The notes: a model not told the origin generated them from the letters alone. Positions 25,501 through 37,995 are shown, counted from the whole stretch's first letter. The stretch is DNA of 48,688 nt, filler included, from Sphacelaria rigidula (GCA_964200075.2; 3 parts of 3 records of this genome joined end to end with filler, not necessarily neighbours in it), one strand, 5' to 3'. A program made the numbers and translations.

Positions 25501-28500
25501 GGGAGAGCAATTGTGACGTAACCATCAGGCCTTCGCGAGCCCTGGCGCCACCCTACGGTACCGTATCCTGCCGGGTGAGCCGTCACCCCCCCCTGAACTC
25601 GCCATCTACCGGGACCAATGCCCCATAGAAAAAGAGCGATTTACGACAAAATTTTCTCAAACCCGCCTGAATATACCGTGCCGGATTTATATACTAGCGG
25701 TTTCCCTTCGAACCACATCGACATCTCGTCAATCCCAACATTCCTTGTCTCGTCAATTAGGATCTGCTGTGAGGGGGACATCATTATTCACGCTCTTCTA
25801 CCCAGCGCAGGGAGTTGTACTACCACGCCGCTTACAGTAAATGTCGCAGTGATACGTAGACTTGTTCGGAAATGAGATTGCACGTGCGTCAACAGGACTT
25901 TTACTTTTCCACGTGCAATATCATTTATTGCTTCGACAGGGGGCGGGTTGGGGGCATGACCGAAAAACCGGCACACACTCGCGAAATGGCAGCTTCATTT
26001 CCAGGCAATTCAAAGGGTGGTAGAGAGTTAGAGCGACAGTAAATCTTGACGAGGAATTGAAATTGATGTAATAGCTGCAAGTGGCAGAGAGCTGTGCTCT
26101 GTTCCACACGGTTCCAGCTAATGAGTTGCCAACTACGTACAGTATGCACCCACGACCTAATATGACGCCGAGGTAATGAGCCATTTCACTCCGGGTGGGG
26201 GGTCCTTGGATAGCAGCTGACATTTGTTGAGAACTAGGATTTTCTCGGAACAAGAGGTCGCCACATCTGAAGGAATTAATTTCTCAGCCCTGAGAATGTA
26301 GTCAATATTTGTAAAACACCTTAGGACCGAGAGTTTATCCCAAACCCCAACTGAGCGGTGTTCTAACCCCAATTCTCAAGTGGTTTTGATCTGAGGGCCA
26401 CGGACTTGGATCCGGAAAAGTAGGAGAGAGATCAATTCCTCAGGGTTGTTGACACCTACTGCTCAGCTACTATTGGCCCCGAGACCAAAGCATTTTCTCT
26501 GGCCGGGGGAGGATCTGGACACGGAGAGTTGCGGTGAAATTTCCTGAAAACAATCCAAGTTGATCTTCTCGTTTGTGCACTCCTGGGTCATTACACCTGG
26601 AGTATACGTCCGCCCCTAGGGCTGATACAAGCCAACCGCAGCTTGTTCGTGCACAAGTCCTTGCAAAGAGATCCCAGGTGCCGTATCAAAGCTACCGTTC
26701 ACCAAGCGTAGACAACATCTGGCACCGTTTCCCCGAATTTCCTCACATCAAAATGTATCTTGTGCACAAGCCTTATTTTGCCGCATACGCTCCAAAAATA
26801 GACAAATATGTTTTGATGAGTCGAGTGAAATCCAAACCCTGTATTTTCCGTGTTCATGACCACCTCGGAAACGTTACGCTGACAAACACAAGAAGGCCTT
26901 AGAAATGGTCTGATCTCCCGGCTACAATCCAATAAATCGTCAGGCGACGCTTACTCCGTACTGCATCGGGTCGAGAGTGGTGACCGTACCTATCATAGCG
27001 CCTACCGTGGCTCCAGCGGAGCTTGGAGAACAGCTGTCTGTGCAAGTGGGCTTTGTCGGGGCGGGAGGAGCGGCCTGCTTCGAGGTGGGGTAATTGGTGT
27101 TTTTTGCCTGTTGTGGTGTCGTGCACCCACCTTCCTCGCATAGGCAGGTCGAGCGGATTGTTTTTGCAGGGTTTTACACCTTCCGTCACAGATAAGTCAA
27201 TTGCGACCTTTTTTGAATATTCCGCTATTTCCTTTGGCGAGTTGCTTCGATCGTGCAGCGCTGAAACCGCCCACTTCTAGCAAACACAAAAGGATGGCGA
27301 TTGTTACACAGAGCTACTGGTGTAAGGGTCGTACACTCTACCGGCTTATACCATACATTTCCACTTCGTAGCATGGGAAAAAGCAATAATCAGGCCGCTT
27401 CAGTAGATCTGGCTGTTCTTGAACATGATCATTGTGTATCGTTAGCAAATGTGTTGGGCGTTTGGTGTCCTGAAACAGGCGGCTGAATTGGATCTAGGCC
27501 TAATCGCGGTAGGCACGAGCAGCTCTGGGGAGGTTCGCGTACGGAACATTGGGGCGGTGCCCGTGTCCTTCTCCATGGTCCAAGCTGGTATGATGTACAA
27601 ATGACATACGATTCGAAAGCGAAACCCCGCTGCAGCCTTTGCTTTCGAACAGGGAAAATTCCCAGACGTCGTCATCGCAGAGAGAGAGAGCACTGTCATT
27701 GCTGCATATATGATGACGCCAAACTGTGGGAGCCTTGCACTGTCGTGCGACTCTCATTTGGGATATCGTATCCATCATCGATATCATATCTATCAAGGAT
27801 GTCCGTCGGGGATGTCCATCTTGAGTATGCTTATTCATGTGGGGTATCCGTCTGGGATGTCCATCGGGGATGCGTATCTGGGATATCCATCCGGGACCTC
27901 CATATTCCAGATGAAAGCTCATATCCCAGATGAAGATTCACATCCCCGATGGAAGTTTATATCCCCGATGGAAGTTCATACGCTACACTGACGTCCATAT
28001 CCCAGATGGATATTTCATATGGGTGCGATATCTCAGGTGGACGTCAATGTTCCAGGTGCACCTCAATTTGCCAGATGGACGATCAAACCTCACACTAGTA
28101 TCTGAGATAGATTCAATATCTCAGATGGACTTCCATATTCCAGACGGATGTCCACCTGGAATGTGATATCCAAGAAGGGTGTCCAACTGGGATATCTAGA
28201 TCCCAGGTGGGATATGCGCCGTAATGGAAGATCGTGCACAATATTACACACGACGCGTACAGGATGAGAAGCTACCACTTCGATGTTGTTTTGTCTGGCG
28301 GTGATTCTACGGTCCCCGTGGGAGTAAAGAGTTGCATGGAGTCTAGGAGCTTATCGTTGACTCGTACAACTCCACACACTCGCGACGGATATTTTCATAC
28401 GTGAATGTCGTTTGCCGGCGACGTCGTGCATCGTATATGCTATGCGGACAATAGATTGCGCTCAAGTGGAATTTTCTACCGGAGGCAACCCCGGAAAATG

Positions 28501-31500
28501 GTTCCTTTGCGGGAAAACTGTTTCAGCTGCCCCACCCTGAAGCAACGCCGCCGAGAAACTCCTTCGCGGGAGAACTGCTTCGACCGCCTCTCCCTTCAGC
28601 CCCCCCCCCAAATCAACGTTTCATTTTGTTTTGTCGTTCACACGGACGTTGAAGTGGCACCCTTGAACCGTTATTGTCGCCGGATATCACGTTTCACGAG
28701 GTTCGGTACACAGTGATTGTAGACGTGTGGGCCGGCGTTATTGCTGTATTCCGACAAAACGAAATATACCCGTAGCAGGAGATGTGCTAGTTGCATGCGC
28801 GAGGTTGGTTACCCATGTACCCATGTTGTCTGCAACGCTTGGATGCCATGACGGGACCGCACTGCCGGAGCATCGTTGTCAAGTACTCATAGAAGAACAA
28901 CACAGCAAAGTATTGTAAGTAGAACATATACCATTTTGATGGTCCAAAGGTGTGTTGCCAGATTGGCTGTTGAGCTGTTGTTCGCGAAAATGATTGGCCA
29001 TGGCTACACGACCAATATCCCGTGTCGCACCCACTCATACAGGCAGCGCCAACGAAGCAGTAGCTCTGGAGTTCCTTCGGGATTTCCAATGTAAAGCACG
29101 GCGAGTGGACGCGGACGCTGCCGGTGCCGAGATGGAACTGCTTCCGGGGCAATCTCCACACAACGAGGCACGTCATGTCCTACGCCGTTCACCGTACTGT
29201 AAGGCAAACCAGGCGTTTTCACCACCCTTGCATTTATGGGGAAGACTTGACGGTACGTATCCAATCGCACCCATTATCATGTGTGGATGCTGGGCCATGT
29301 TGTACTGTGGGATCCTCGCTTCAAGTTTTGACACTGCCAAGAAGGCGTTCAATTTTGTGATTTGAGTCGGTACCGTCGCTGCTGTAGGCACTCATGGTTT
29401 TCCGAACGGTCCACTCTTCGTGCTCCATTCGTTCTCAGTCAACACTGCTGTGCACTAGATCCGTCGATTGCCTTCAACACGGCGATGCGTTTCTGCCCTT
29501 CTTTTTCCGTACTAGGTGGAGACGAGGGCTCCAACGCTAAACTCGCTAACGGCCACGGCGGGGGAGGGCGAGGCCAACCAGCAAAAGGGTTCACTTAGAA
29601 GAAAGGCGTCGGAAACATCGTTGGGAAGTGCCGATTCGTTCGTGGTTTCGTCGGAACAGTGCCGACTGGCTTTCGACCCTGCGATTGGAGAGCTCGCCCC
29701 GGGACGGACAGCTTCTGTTCAGGCGAGCGTGCCAGCATAGGGTTTCTTCTGACACTCGAAGTCTATTTAGGTAGGGCCCCGTTGTATCTCTCCGAATAAT
29801 GATACTCATAGTTCACCCAGTTTCTGCGCAAAATGACGAAGAGAGCAACTAGGATTAGGAGGCAGCGGAACAAATGAAATAAACAAACGGTTAAAACGAG
29901 GAATTTTATCCACCAAAGCGTGAAACCGTCGGCGGCTACCGGCTACCCACTGTCTGTGGTCTGCCCAAAGATTGAAAACCGTGGAACAATGCGGGGGAAA
30001 TAGGGACAGGCAAATACATAGAATCAACATATGGGAAGTAATTCTACACAATCGAAGTCAACCGTTAGAGCTACAAATCGGACGTCCTACCGAAACAGAG
30101 GGGCTGCCGCTGTTTCCTCGCAGCATGTACTGAGGACTGCGGGAACAGACCACATGGACTAGCACAATTATTGAAAAAAGGATGAATATCAAAACCACAC
30201 TATTTTTTAGTTGCAGCAAAAAGCTGGATATTTCGGGCGGAAGTCGTGGATTTCCGCCGTTTCGTCCCCCAACATGGAATTCCGTGTGACGGTTTGAACT
30301 CAAGGAGGTAACTGCTGGGATACTGTGAATATCTACAAACGAATGGAGACGGTGCCCTCGCGTCGAGGAATGTTTCCTCGTACTGCGTTAGGAGTGTTGG
30401 GAGTGCTTCAGAAGGGCTTTGAGTGCTCTGGGACGCTCCCTTTAACGTTTCGCATTATTCCAGGGAGGATATTTCTGTCAAGTTAGTGGGTTTACAAATA
30501 TCGCGGGGAGCGCCGATGGGGCTAACAGACGGCACGGAGAAGGGGGTCACCACGGCAAATCTACAAATAAAAACAAAAAATATGTTTGATCTCATTCAAA
30601 TTGTGTTCAACTACCTGATACTTGAGCATGCAGCTGGAGAAGCAACGATTCTGACGTTTGAACTCTCGGCACCCTTATCCTATGGGCACCTGCAAACGTT
30701 TCAAATAGCCAAACCTGTTGGATTTCGCGTCACAATCAAGAATTCTCATCGGATTTCATTCTGTACTGATCAGGACAACTCGGTTGTGCTATGTGATTCT
30801 CAAGCCCGGACGGGTTGATTCGAGGTGCTACTTTCATTTCATTCGCCCCGACCGCGGAATGTTTTCGTGCAACGCAAGGTGTATGCAACTCTTGAAAAAT
30901 CCTCAACCGACAACGTTCCAGGAGAGTTTCTCCATCGTGTGATGTCCTCGACGCTCGGGGCAGCATTGGGAAACGACGACGTGAATGTGGTTTTTCGGAA
31001 CAAATTCCTCATACCACTGAAGTACAGCCGATGAGTACGTGAGTGGCGGGAACCCTTGTCGCGTCCCATTATTGATACGTCAAGCTGATTGTACTGGGTG
31101 TACTCTCGCTCGTGGCACCCAGTAAGGGGGCACATGGATCGTTCGCGGTCCCCATATTTTGCCGAGAGTCACGAATTACCCCCCTGAGCTTAAATCGCAC
31201 ACAGTGAGTAGTACCCTCGGACGGCGAGACACCAGCGGACGTTCCAAGGAAGATGGATGCCACGCACTCACCCTTCCACGATGCCAACTCACCCCGTCCG
31301 ACGTATTCCGGTGCCGCGCTTGTACCGCTTTGGTCACATGCACTCCACGAGCGAAACCCATATGCGTGATGTTCTTTGATACCGAACGACTGGTGTGCCG
31401 AAAACCATCCCAGAGTCTGCGGTAGGACCTGAAGCAGAGGCAGTTCGGAGTCATGCTACGATAGGGGGGGGGGGTATTTTGGGTCGTTTTCTCCAGCGAA

Positions 31501-31959
31501 ATTTGACGTGGAATCGTCGTTAATAGCAGCAAAGGTTGTTGACACGCGCTTACTTCCGATAAATAACGCTCATTCATACCATTTCACACCACTTTAACCC
31601 AAATACAAGCGCACCGCGAGTGTGTGATGCCGTCTGGGGCATGTCTGAGCCCATTTTTTCGTGGAACCAAACACCCCCCCCCCTATCGTAGCATTACTCT
31701 TCGGTGCGCACAGTATTCTGGATACAGTTACTAAAGGGGAAACAACATCGACTTTACTACATTGCGGTAAGCATGTGCTGCCTCATCCGCTGTTGCCAAC
31801 GATGCCTGACGACAACCATGCCAGATAAAGTGCGATGCTGGCCGACTCCCGGAGAGATTTCGCACCTCCGCACGGGTGCTGCTTCAGAGCTGTGACGGCA
31901 GAGGCGTGTCGTTCGGGAGCGAGTACATCGCTGTGCGTGCGGAGATCCAGGAACCGACG
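17206..31959 (+). CDS. DLEC1: DLEC1/CFAP81 (FAP81) homolog, internal part: 13 exons, 775 aa, Ig-like/ASH repeats; 5' and 3' ends off-contig
   Basis: Exons: 17206-17468, 18078-18602, 19029-19166, 19943-20063, 20641-20853, 22647-22772, 24327-24437, 25464-25574, 26944-27084, 27479-27587, 29043-29167, 29516-29722, 31825-31959. All have AG acceptors, phases chain without stops, total 2325 nt. Motifs are colinear with DLEC1 as recalled: DNCEERE (DNCQIKE), FTLSNGT..VRIRWQI (LIIRNAT..LAFYWQI), FSVIPEFATVPAHGECAFEVAFSP, VVEGVP, LTGSGEPARLSLQP, FEVFNDS, LDLGLIAVG....EVRVRNIGAVPVSF, YIAVRAEIQEP. Confidence 0.85.
19214..19625. repeat. Compound (TAG)n/(CAG)n microsatellite in a DLEC1 intron
   Basis: Alternating long tag and cag runs; this is the source of the poly-L, poly-V and poly-A ORFs in the track. 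Confidence 0.95.
22299..22533 (+). repeat. Diverged direct duplication of about 65 bp
   Basis: aaatatcgcccgagtgact...gtaaacctacgggttattctctttcaatttataagg at about 22299 versus aaatatcgcgcgagtgact...gtaaacctacggcctattctccttcaactgtaagg at about 22470. Confidence 0.7.
23499..23768. mobile_element. Tourist/PIF-Harbinger-like MITE (270 bp)
   Basis: TIR GGCCCATTAtttatcggcacagtt versus reverse complement GGCCCATTActgtcgacactgtt. Flanks are TAA and CAA. Subterminal palindromes ttcggggacctccgaa and ttcggagatctccgaa. Confidence 0.75.
27755..28215. repeat. Foldback-like array of short ATCCCAGATGGA / TCCATCTGGGAT units
   Basis: Units run in one orientation at about 27790-27895, in the opposite orientation at about 27900-28148, then switch back. 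Confidence 0.75.
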
Positions 31960-32430
31960 GTATGGACGCAGCAGTGGTGCACATGGACCATATATGTAGT
32001 TCTATGCACTTGGCACTGTGTTGTTGGGTCATCGATTCAAAATATCATTCATCTTCTTCGCTCATTCATTCCTCCACCAATACGTTCAATCTTGCAGTGT
32101 TTTCCCCTCATCGTCAGAGTTAAATAATCTCTATTACTGACTCGCTAATGATTGAATCGATCACTCGACGCTTAGTGATCAGTCACAAAGCTCTGGCCAT
32201 GGTCTCAAGATGGTCGTTACCAAGAGAGATAGGCGGAATCACTCGCTTCACAGGAAGCGCGAGTACAATCAAAAAAAGGATGTCCTGACTGCTGCCGAGA
32301 TAGCCCCTCCCCAAAATCGGCCGATAACGTGCACGGAGGCGATGATCATAGCTGCCGTTAAAGCTGGTTTCGTGCTGCACGGCGCGACTGATTTGGGCGT
32401 TATAGCTGATTTCGGACTGTTACACGCCTC

Positions 32431-32530
32431 NNNNNNNNNNNNNNNNNNNNNNNNNNNNNNNNNNNNNNNNNNNNTTAATTAATTAANNNNNNNNNNNNNN
32501 NNNNNNNNNNNNNNNNNNNNNNNNNNNNNN
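32431..32530. other. Artificial contig spacer (44N-TTAATTAATTAA-44N)
   Basis: Same spacer as 16171-16270. Confidence 0.97.
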
Positions 32531-32656
32531 ACCGCAGAAGGAAGGTGGGCTACAAAAAAAAAAGAAGCGCCTGTGTTGACCTTCTTCCTGTGTGACCCCG
32601 GCGGATGCGCCCACATATACCGAAAGGTGGAGACTGGTGCCCAGAATAAATGGGAC

Positions 32657-32698
<42 letters not shown>
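32531..32698 (+). mobile_element. 3' half of the tRNA-derived SINE with (CA)n tail
   Basis: cctgtgttgaccttcttcctgtgtgaccccggc is the reverse complement of the SINE core; the copy ends gggacaa(ca)n. Confidence 0.85.
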
Positions 32699-32700
<2 letters not shown>

Positions 32701-33164
32701 TTGTTGCAAAAAACGAGGGGAACAAACTAACCGGAAGAAACGCCCTCGAGTACAGTTATTTTTTTGAGTAGAACATAACCTGAACCGCGCAAGGGCTCGT
32801 GTTCGCGGGTGCGAGGTGACACGCTGAATTTTTTCTCACGAGATTTTTACGATCAACACGCAGAACATATTCGAAGCAGCACAGAAAAAACAGAACTTTA
32901 GACCGATTCGAAATTTCAGCGGAAGAAAAAGATTATGTCATGACGTTGTTACTTCGAGCACGATGTTTATAAAACTTCTGTGCAGAACATCCGCCTTGTA
33001 AAATCTCGACTCAAAATTCGTAAAAGACAATGTTTCGTGACAGTGAGAGTAGAACGTTCATTGGGAGTGGGGTTTATCTTTCGCTATACTTTGAATAATA
33101 TTTCAATATGAGCGTGCTTTTTCTTTGCCTGTAGCACTGGCGTGTGGTTACAGCTACACGTCGA

Positions 33165-33580
33165 TACCTTCTCCGGGATATCAAAAGCTTCAGTGGCGAG
33201 CTCTACAACAGAAAGGCTCACCATACCCCGGAGTATCTATTACGTTCCGGATATTATTGCCTGATTATTGTGATCTGGGATTTGAAATGTCGATAGTCAC
33301 TGCGGTTACGGGCGTTTTTGCGGTGCAATAGTGCCGGACTAATGGTTGCGAAAACATTATTAACCCTTTGACCGCGACGGTACTTGACCTGCTAAATCGG
33401 TATCCATTTCACTTGAAAAAAGTACAGTGGTCCAGATGGACTACCCGCATCGCGGTCCAAGGGTTAAGCGTATTAGACCTCGTGGAGGGACATTTCGGAA
33501 CTGAAACTATTCATTAATAGATTGACCGCTTCTCACTCTCAATCGTATCCTCTTCTCTCAACCTCACCAAAACATTGCTT
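33165..33580 (+). repeat. Dispersed repeat interrupted by the piggyBac-type MITE; also present at about 44763-44820 (+) and 45315-45470 (-)
   Basis: Blocks ggatatcaaaagcttcagtggcgagctctac and ggaactgaaac...attgaccgcttctcactctcaatc.tatcctct are contiguous in the minus-strand copy at 45315-45470. Confidence 0.65.
33364..33463. mobile_element. piggyBac-type MITE (100 bp) with TTAA target duplication
   Basis: TTAA-CCCTTTGACCGCGA...TCGCGGTCCAAGGG-TTAA. Confidence 0.88.
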
Positions 33581-33789
33581 AAATTGGGCTGCGCGTGCAA
33601 CTTTTTGTGTGACGCCGCTGCGCGCACGTAATCCCATCGATACCGGAAACTCCAGTTATGGAGCTCACGAACGTTCGAATCCGGACAGGTCCTCTTTTTT
33701 CGCAGAGTCAACTCCGAATCATGGGCGGTTCAACGCTCAGTGCGTTGTCTTCTCGACCACGAAAGCGCGAGTTCGATACCCACCCCTGA

Positions 33790-33888
33790 CATATCTTGAC
33801 CGTTTCGTCTATCATGCGACCACGGCTGGACCCATGAGTGGTCAGTTAAAGTGCGACAATCAATCGATCAATCAATCGATCAATCAAC
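33790..33888 (+). mobile_element. Non-LTR element 3' end with (ATCA)n tail
   Basis: gcGACCACGGctggac...TCAGttaaaGTGcgacaatcaatcgatcaatcaatcgatcaatcaa; similar to 200-260. Confidence 0.55.
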
Positions 33889-33922
33889 CGGGTTCCGTCG
33901 TTGATACCATGTTTTTTGCAGT

Positions 33923-34281
33923 ATGTGTGTGTTTTCGTGCCTTATCTTCTGGACGCGGGGCTACACCTTTCGGTATATGTCGGCACACCAGCCGGGGTCA
34001 CACAGGAGGAAGGTCAACACAGGTGCTTTTTCTTTTTTATTTGTTTATACTATTCCAGCTTCCTTCTGCGGTGCTTGCCTTTTTTTTTTTATCGCTAGAG
34101 GGGTTTAGCAGGCCCTTTCCCTCGTCGACCGTTAAGTCGCCTGTTGTGTACCCGCGACATAGCCGCTCTCCACTGTTGGGCATTGTGTGAGCAAAAATCC
34201 CAGATCGCTCCGAGGGTTGAACCCACGCCCCAAGCGTCAGAGGGTTTCGAGGTCACCAACTGAGCCACCCGGGCGACCGGC
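33923..34281 (-). mobile_element. tRNA-derived SINE, full-length copy
   Basis: Minus strand GCCGGTCGCCCGGGTGGCTCAGTTGG (box A)...GGGTTCAACCC (box B), with a (CA)-type tail. Possible TSD tgttttttgcagt / tgttatgcagt. Confidence 0.88.
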
Positions 34282-37200
34282 TGTTATGCAGTGAATTTTC
34301 TTTTTTCTAGCGATAGAGTATGCATCACCAGCTTGGTCTTCAGCCCAGAGCGATATACTACTTCCATCGGGCTGATTCGGGAAACTGGAAATAATATATA
34401 TTATTGTGTCCCCGGGATATGCAGTACTACTGTACAGAAGAATATTTACGGCCGGCCCAGCCCATATTACAGTGTAGTGTGAGTAGTGTAGCGGTCATTC
34501 GCCCACAGACCGTAGAATATGATGTAATCATACGCGCATGTACACTGAATTTCAAGACACAGCTATTTTGGACATTTGAATGGCTATTTGGTCGTGAGGG
34601 GTGTGGCTTGGTGTCTGGCATTTAAATGGATACATTATTGTTTATGCAGGAGGTGTCTCCTTTCGTATACTGGACCAGGTATATACAGTTGTAAGACTTT
34701 TCACGGGCCCAAATCTGTCCCTCACGCACACACATTCGGGAGTGTCTCGATTGAGCACACACCCAAAGTCCACGTCCAGAGAATCGGAAATTGATGTTGT
34801 TTTTCCACAGCTGGCCGAGAATTTTTGCCTGACGGACTGCGGTCCGAAAAATCAATCGACGGGAGAAAATCGCCTGCAGACAAACTTTGTACAACGTGAG
34901 TACAGATTTTTCGCCCTCATGGCCAACGGTCTAAACAAGAAACACCGCACCGCAACGCACCGCACAATCAAGCATCTTGCAAGAGGATGCGAAGTTTGTT
35001 CTAAAAAATCCAGTCAACAGCTCACACTTGGCCGACAAGAGGATTTTTTATTCTCGATATTTAACGATGTCCCTGTGTCAAAGCAAATATCTCTCACAAA
35101 GCACACCACCTAAACCCAGCGACGATTAGACTCAGCTCCATTTTATAACATACCGACGCATTTGCTGAAGCAGCACACCCAGCCTTGAGGCATGGCGTCG
35201 ACCGTGGCCAACATGGTTCTCCCGGTGGTTTCGCAGATCAAGCTTTCATACTGCTCCCGAACAGTCCTGTGTCAAGATAAAATTAAGAAAAAAAATCGAA
35301 ATCGCCGCACTTAATATTATTTACCCGCACTTGACCCGCACTCAAAATCATTGGTTTTGAAAATATCCTTTGGTCGTGAATTCCTTGACCGTCGGTAGAA
35401 TCACCACCGACCGTGAAACTTGATGCACTGTTACTATATGATAGTGGGACACAACACAGGCGATATGTGCACCGGAGACCAGCTCCTTTCGGCCCCCGAG
35501 CAAGTTCAACTAAGCGGATAGCGATATACCATCGATACGCTCTCAAAACGACTATCTCACAGAACAGATTCTGCGCACTGTGAGTGAATGCATATGTGGA
35601 TATTAGCACCTCGGAGGGTGCTATGGTGCTGGCAAACAAACATGGACCAGTACTGGCACTCCCTCTGGATAATGACAATTTTCAGTAAAAGTCGTTCCGG
35701 TATCGCCTGTAGAGATGCTCAACGAGGGAGGCACCGTCGTACGCGCGCCGTCGTCGCTGCAAGGCGCTGAAATTTCGTTCACATGTCATGGAAACCACAA
35801 TCAACGAGCTCATACGTCTAGATCTACGGTTGGGTGTTGCGACAGTACGCGAAGGTATGAAAAGAGCTCAGATCCCGAATGTTTTTTATTTTATTTTAGC
35901 GCCGGACTGCGTATGAACAAGCTCTCCGTACGAGTAGATAATCGGGGGGGAAACGATGTGAAAACTTGACCTCCTTTACAGCCGGAAACTGTATGACGGC
36001 CACGGTCGACACCATTCCCAGAGCCACGGTGTGCTTCTTCAACAAGTGTGTCGATACGTTACACAAGAGAGCTGGCTCCTGAACCATCGCTGTGTGCTGA
36101 CGTTGTGGGCTGTGAAGACGTTGGTTACAGCACAGCTGATCAAGCTGCACTAAATATAATGCCGTGCGGGCTTACTGGATAATGAGCACAAAATTCTATT
36201 TCATTCTGTCAAGAGTAAAATATCCGATCAGTAACAGGCGAAACACGACCGCCGCCACCATTGGGAACAGTATTACGGCCACAATCAACGCCATACCCCG
36301 ACATTCGGTGTGTTGCTCCAGGGGGTGAGTCTGTACATCATATAAGGAAGCTGATAGCGAACGTCACTTCGTGCCGTGGGTTGTGGACGGTGAGGGTGCT
36401 GGCTGTCATACAGCGAATATAAACGAGGAAGCTTTTGGGGGGGGGGAAGGGGTTGATCATGAATACATGAAGTTGTACAACCGGGAAAAAGATCCACACT
36501 CATGCATGAACTACCCTTTGAGCACGGGGATGGGCCATCTACTTGAACGAGTGATGCTATACCCCCCCCTGAAAGCCAGCCCGAATAAACTCCACGTAGA
36601 AAGTGGCCCTGCAGCAAATGGTAGCCGGTTTCTGATTGCGTAAAACGCCCACATGTGCGACATTGGCGAAAATCATCCCAAGCGTGATACTTCCCAGCTG
36701 CTCGGCGTGCTCGGCCTTTTCTCGTCATTTTGATGCACATGTTGATCTTGCCTCCTGAATCCAGCCACTTTCGCGGGGGGGGCTATCATGGCATCACTCA
36801 TCGCTATTTTCTTCAATTGAAATATGGGTGCAAGGCCCAGATGATCGACTCTGGCGATCAAAATTTTCAAAGCTGCCGCAATTCTTGCACGTCAATCTTC
36901 ATCAAGGAAAGACTAACGCTCGAGACATATTCCATCTACTGATGACTGCTGTACTCCAACCTGTGTATAGCTACGTCTATGCTATTGTCATTTTCGGTAT
37001 CCGACGGGACTGTCTAGGTTCGGGTTTTCGGAATATATAGTCTGCCCATAGTTGTCTATTACGAAAACATCCAAATCTTTGTTGGCATCGTGTTGATTTG
37101 GAGTTTCACTTATAGATGTGGTTCACTTCTACCCCAGCGCTCATTCTTTTCGTTTCCCTAACCGTTCTCCTCTGCAGCATCGACGAGCAAACGGAAACAG

Positions 37201-37942
37201 ACATTCAGTGCAGTACTGACTCCAGCTTCAGTAGTCGCACACACACGACGAGAAGCTTTTGCAGAAGAGGGGAAGTGATCGAGGAACAACGAGCTAGGCT
37301 TTGCGTGAGCTCTGCACGTAGGTAAAGTGGTTCATGAGAATCTGTACGATATTTCATAGCTGATAGTGCTCTCTATGAGAACGTGATGAAGTACTCGCCA
37401 TCATTTGTCATCATATATTCACGCTTCAAAAACTTTGTTCAGCCTCGCCCACACGCGCGCGAACACAAACTCTTCTACTCATCGGCGCTTAGTCTTGAGC
37501 AGAAGTGGTGTCCCTACCGTCTACAAGCATCGATATTCGATCAATTGCCACAGTTTTGTCCGACGAGCTCAGAAGGTAGGGTATTGACTGTCAGGACTCC
37601 CGCGACATGCACATTTATCTGCAAACAACGAACGGCAGGGTTGTGCTTTTTCTTCCTACCCATATCCAGCAAATGCTGTCCTCCGTCTCAAGTGTATGTG
37701 TCCTGTTTTATCATCCATGTTGGGTGAATAAATCCGCGCCTTTCTCTCTTGGCATTAGAACCCCCTTCAACCCTGGGTAAGGCGGTGGCCACCCAACCGA
37801 ACTTACCGGACTTCTTCTTTTTTATATTTGCCGCCATCTCCCCCTGTGCGCTTGGTTTTATCTGTGCAGCATCCCTCAAGTTTGAACCAGTGGCCGAAAT
37901 TTCCAAGGCGTAGGGACACTTCCTATCCCCACCAAGGACAGC

Positions 37943-37995
37943 ATGAACCGCATCGATTACTCAGAGAAGTATGTGGATGGAGCCTTCGAGTACAG
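37943..37995 (+). CDS. CKS1: First coding exon of a cyclin-dependent kinase regulatory subunit (CKS1/Suc1 family); remainder not found
   Basis: ATG AAC CGC ATC GAT TAC TCA GAG AAG TAT GTG GAT GGA GCC TTC GAG TAC AG|gtaggc gives MNRIDYSEKYVDGAFEYR, matching the CKS N-terminal motif I.YS(D/E)KY.D..(F/Y)EYR. There is an in-frame stop upstream and an acceptor at 37869. Too short to appear in the ORF track. Confidence 0.75.

Noticed and set aside
33522..34190. 222-aa ORF
   Set aside because: It spans repeat, microsatellite and antisense SINE sequence, with no domain signal.
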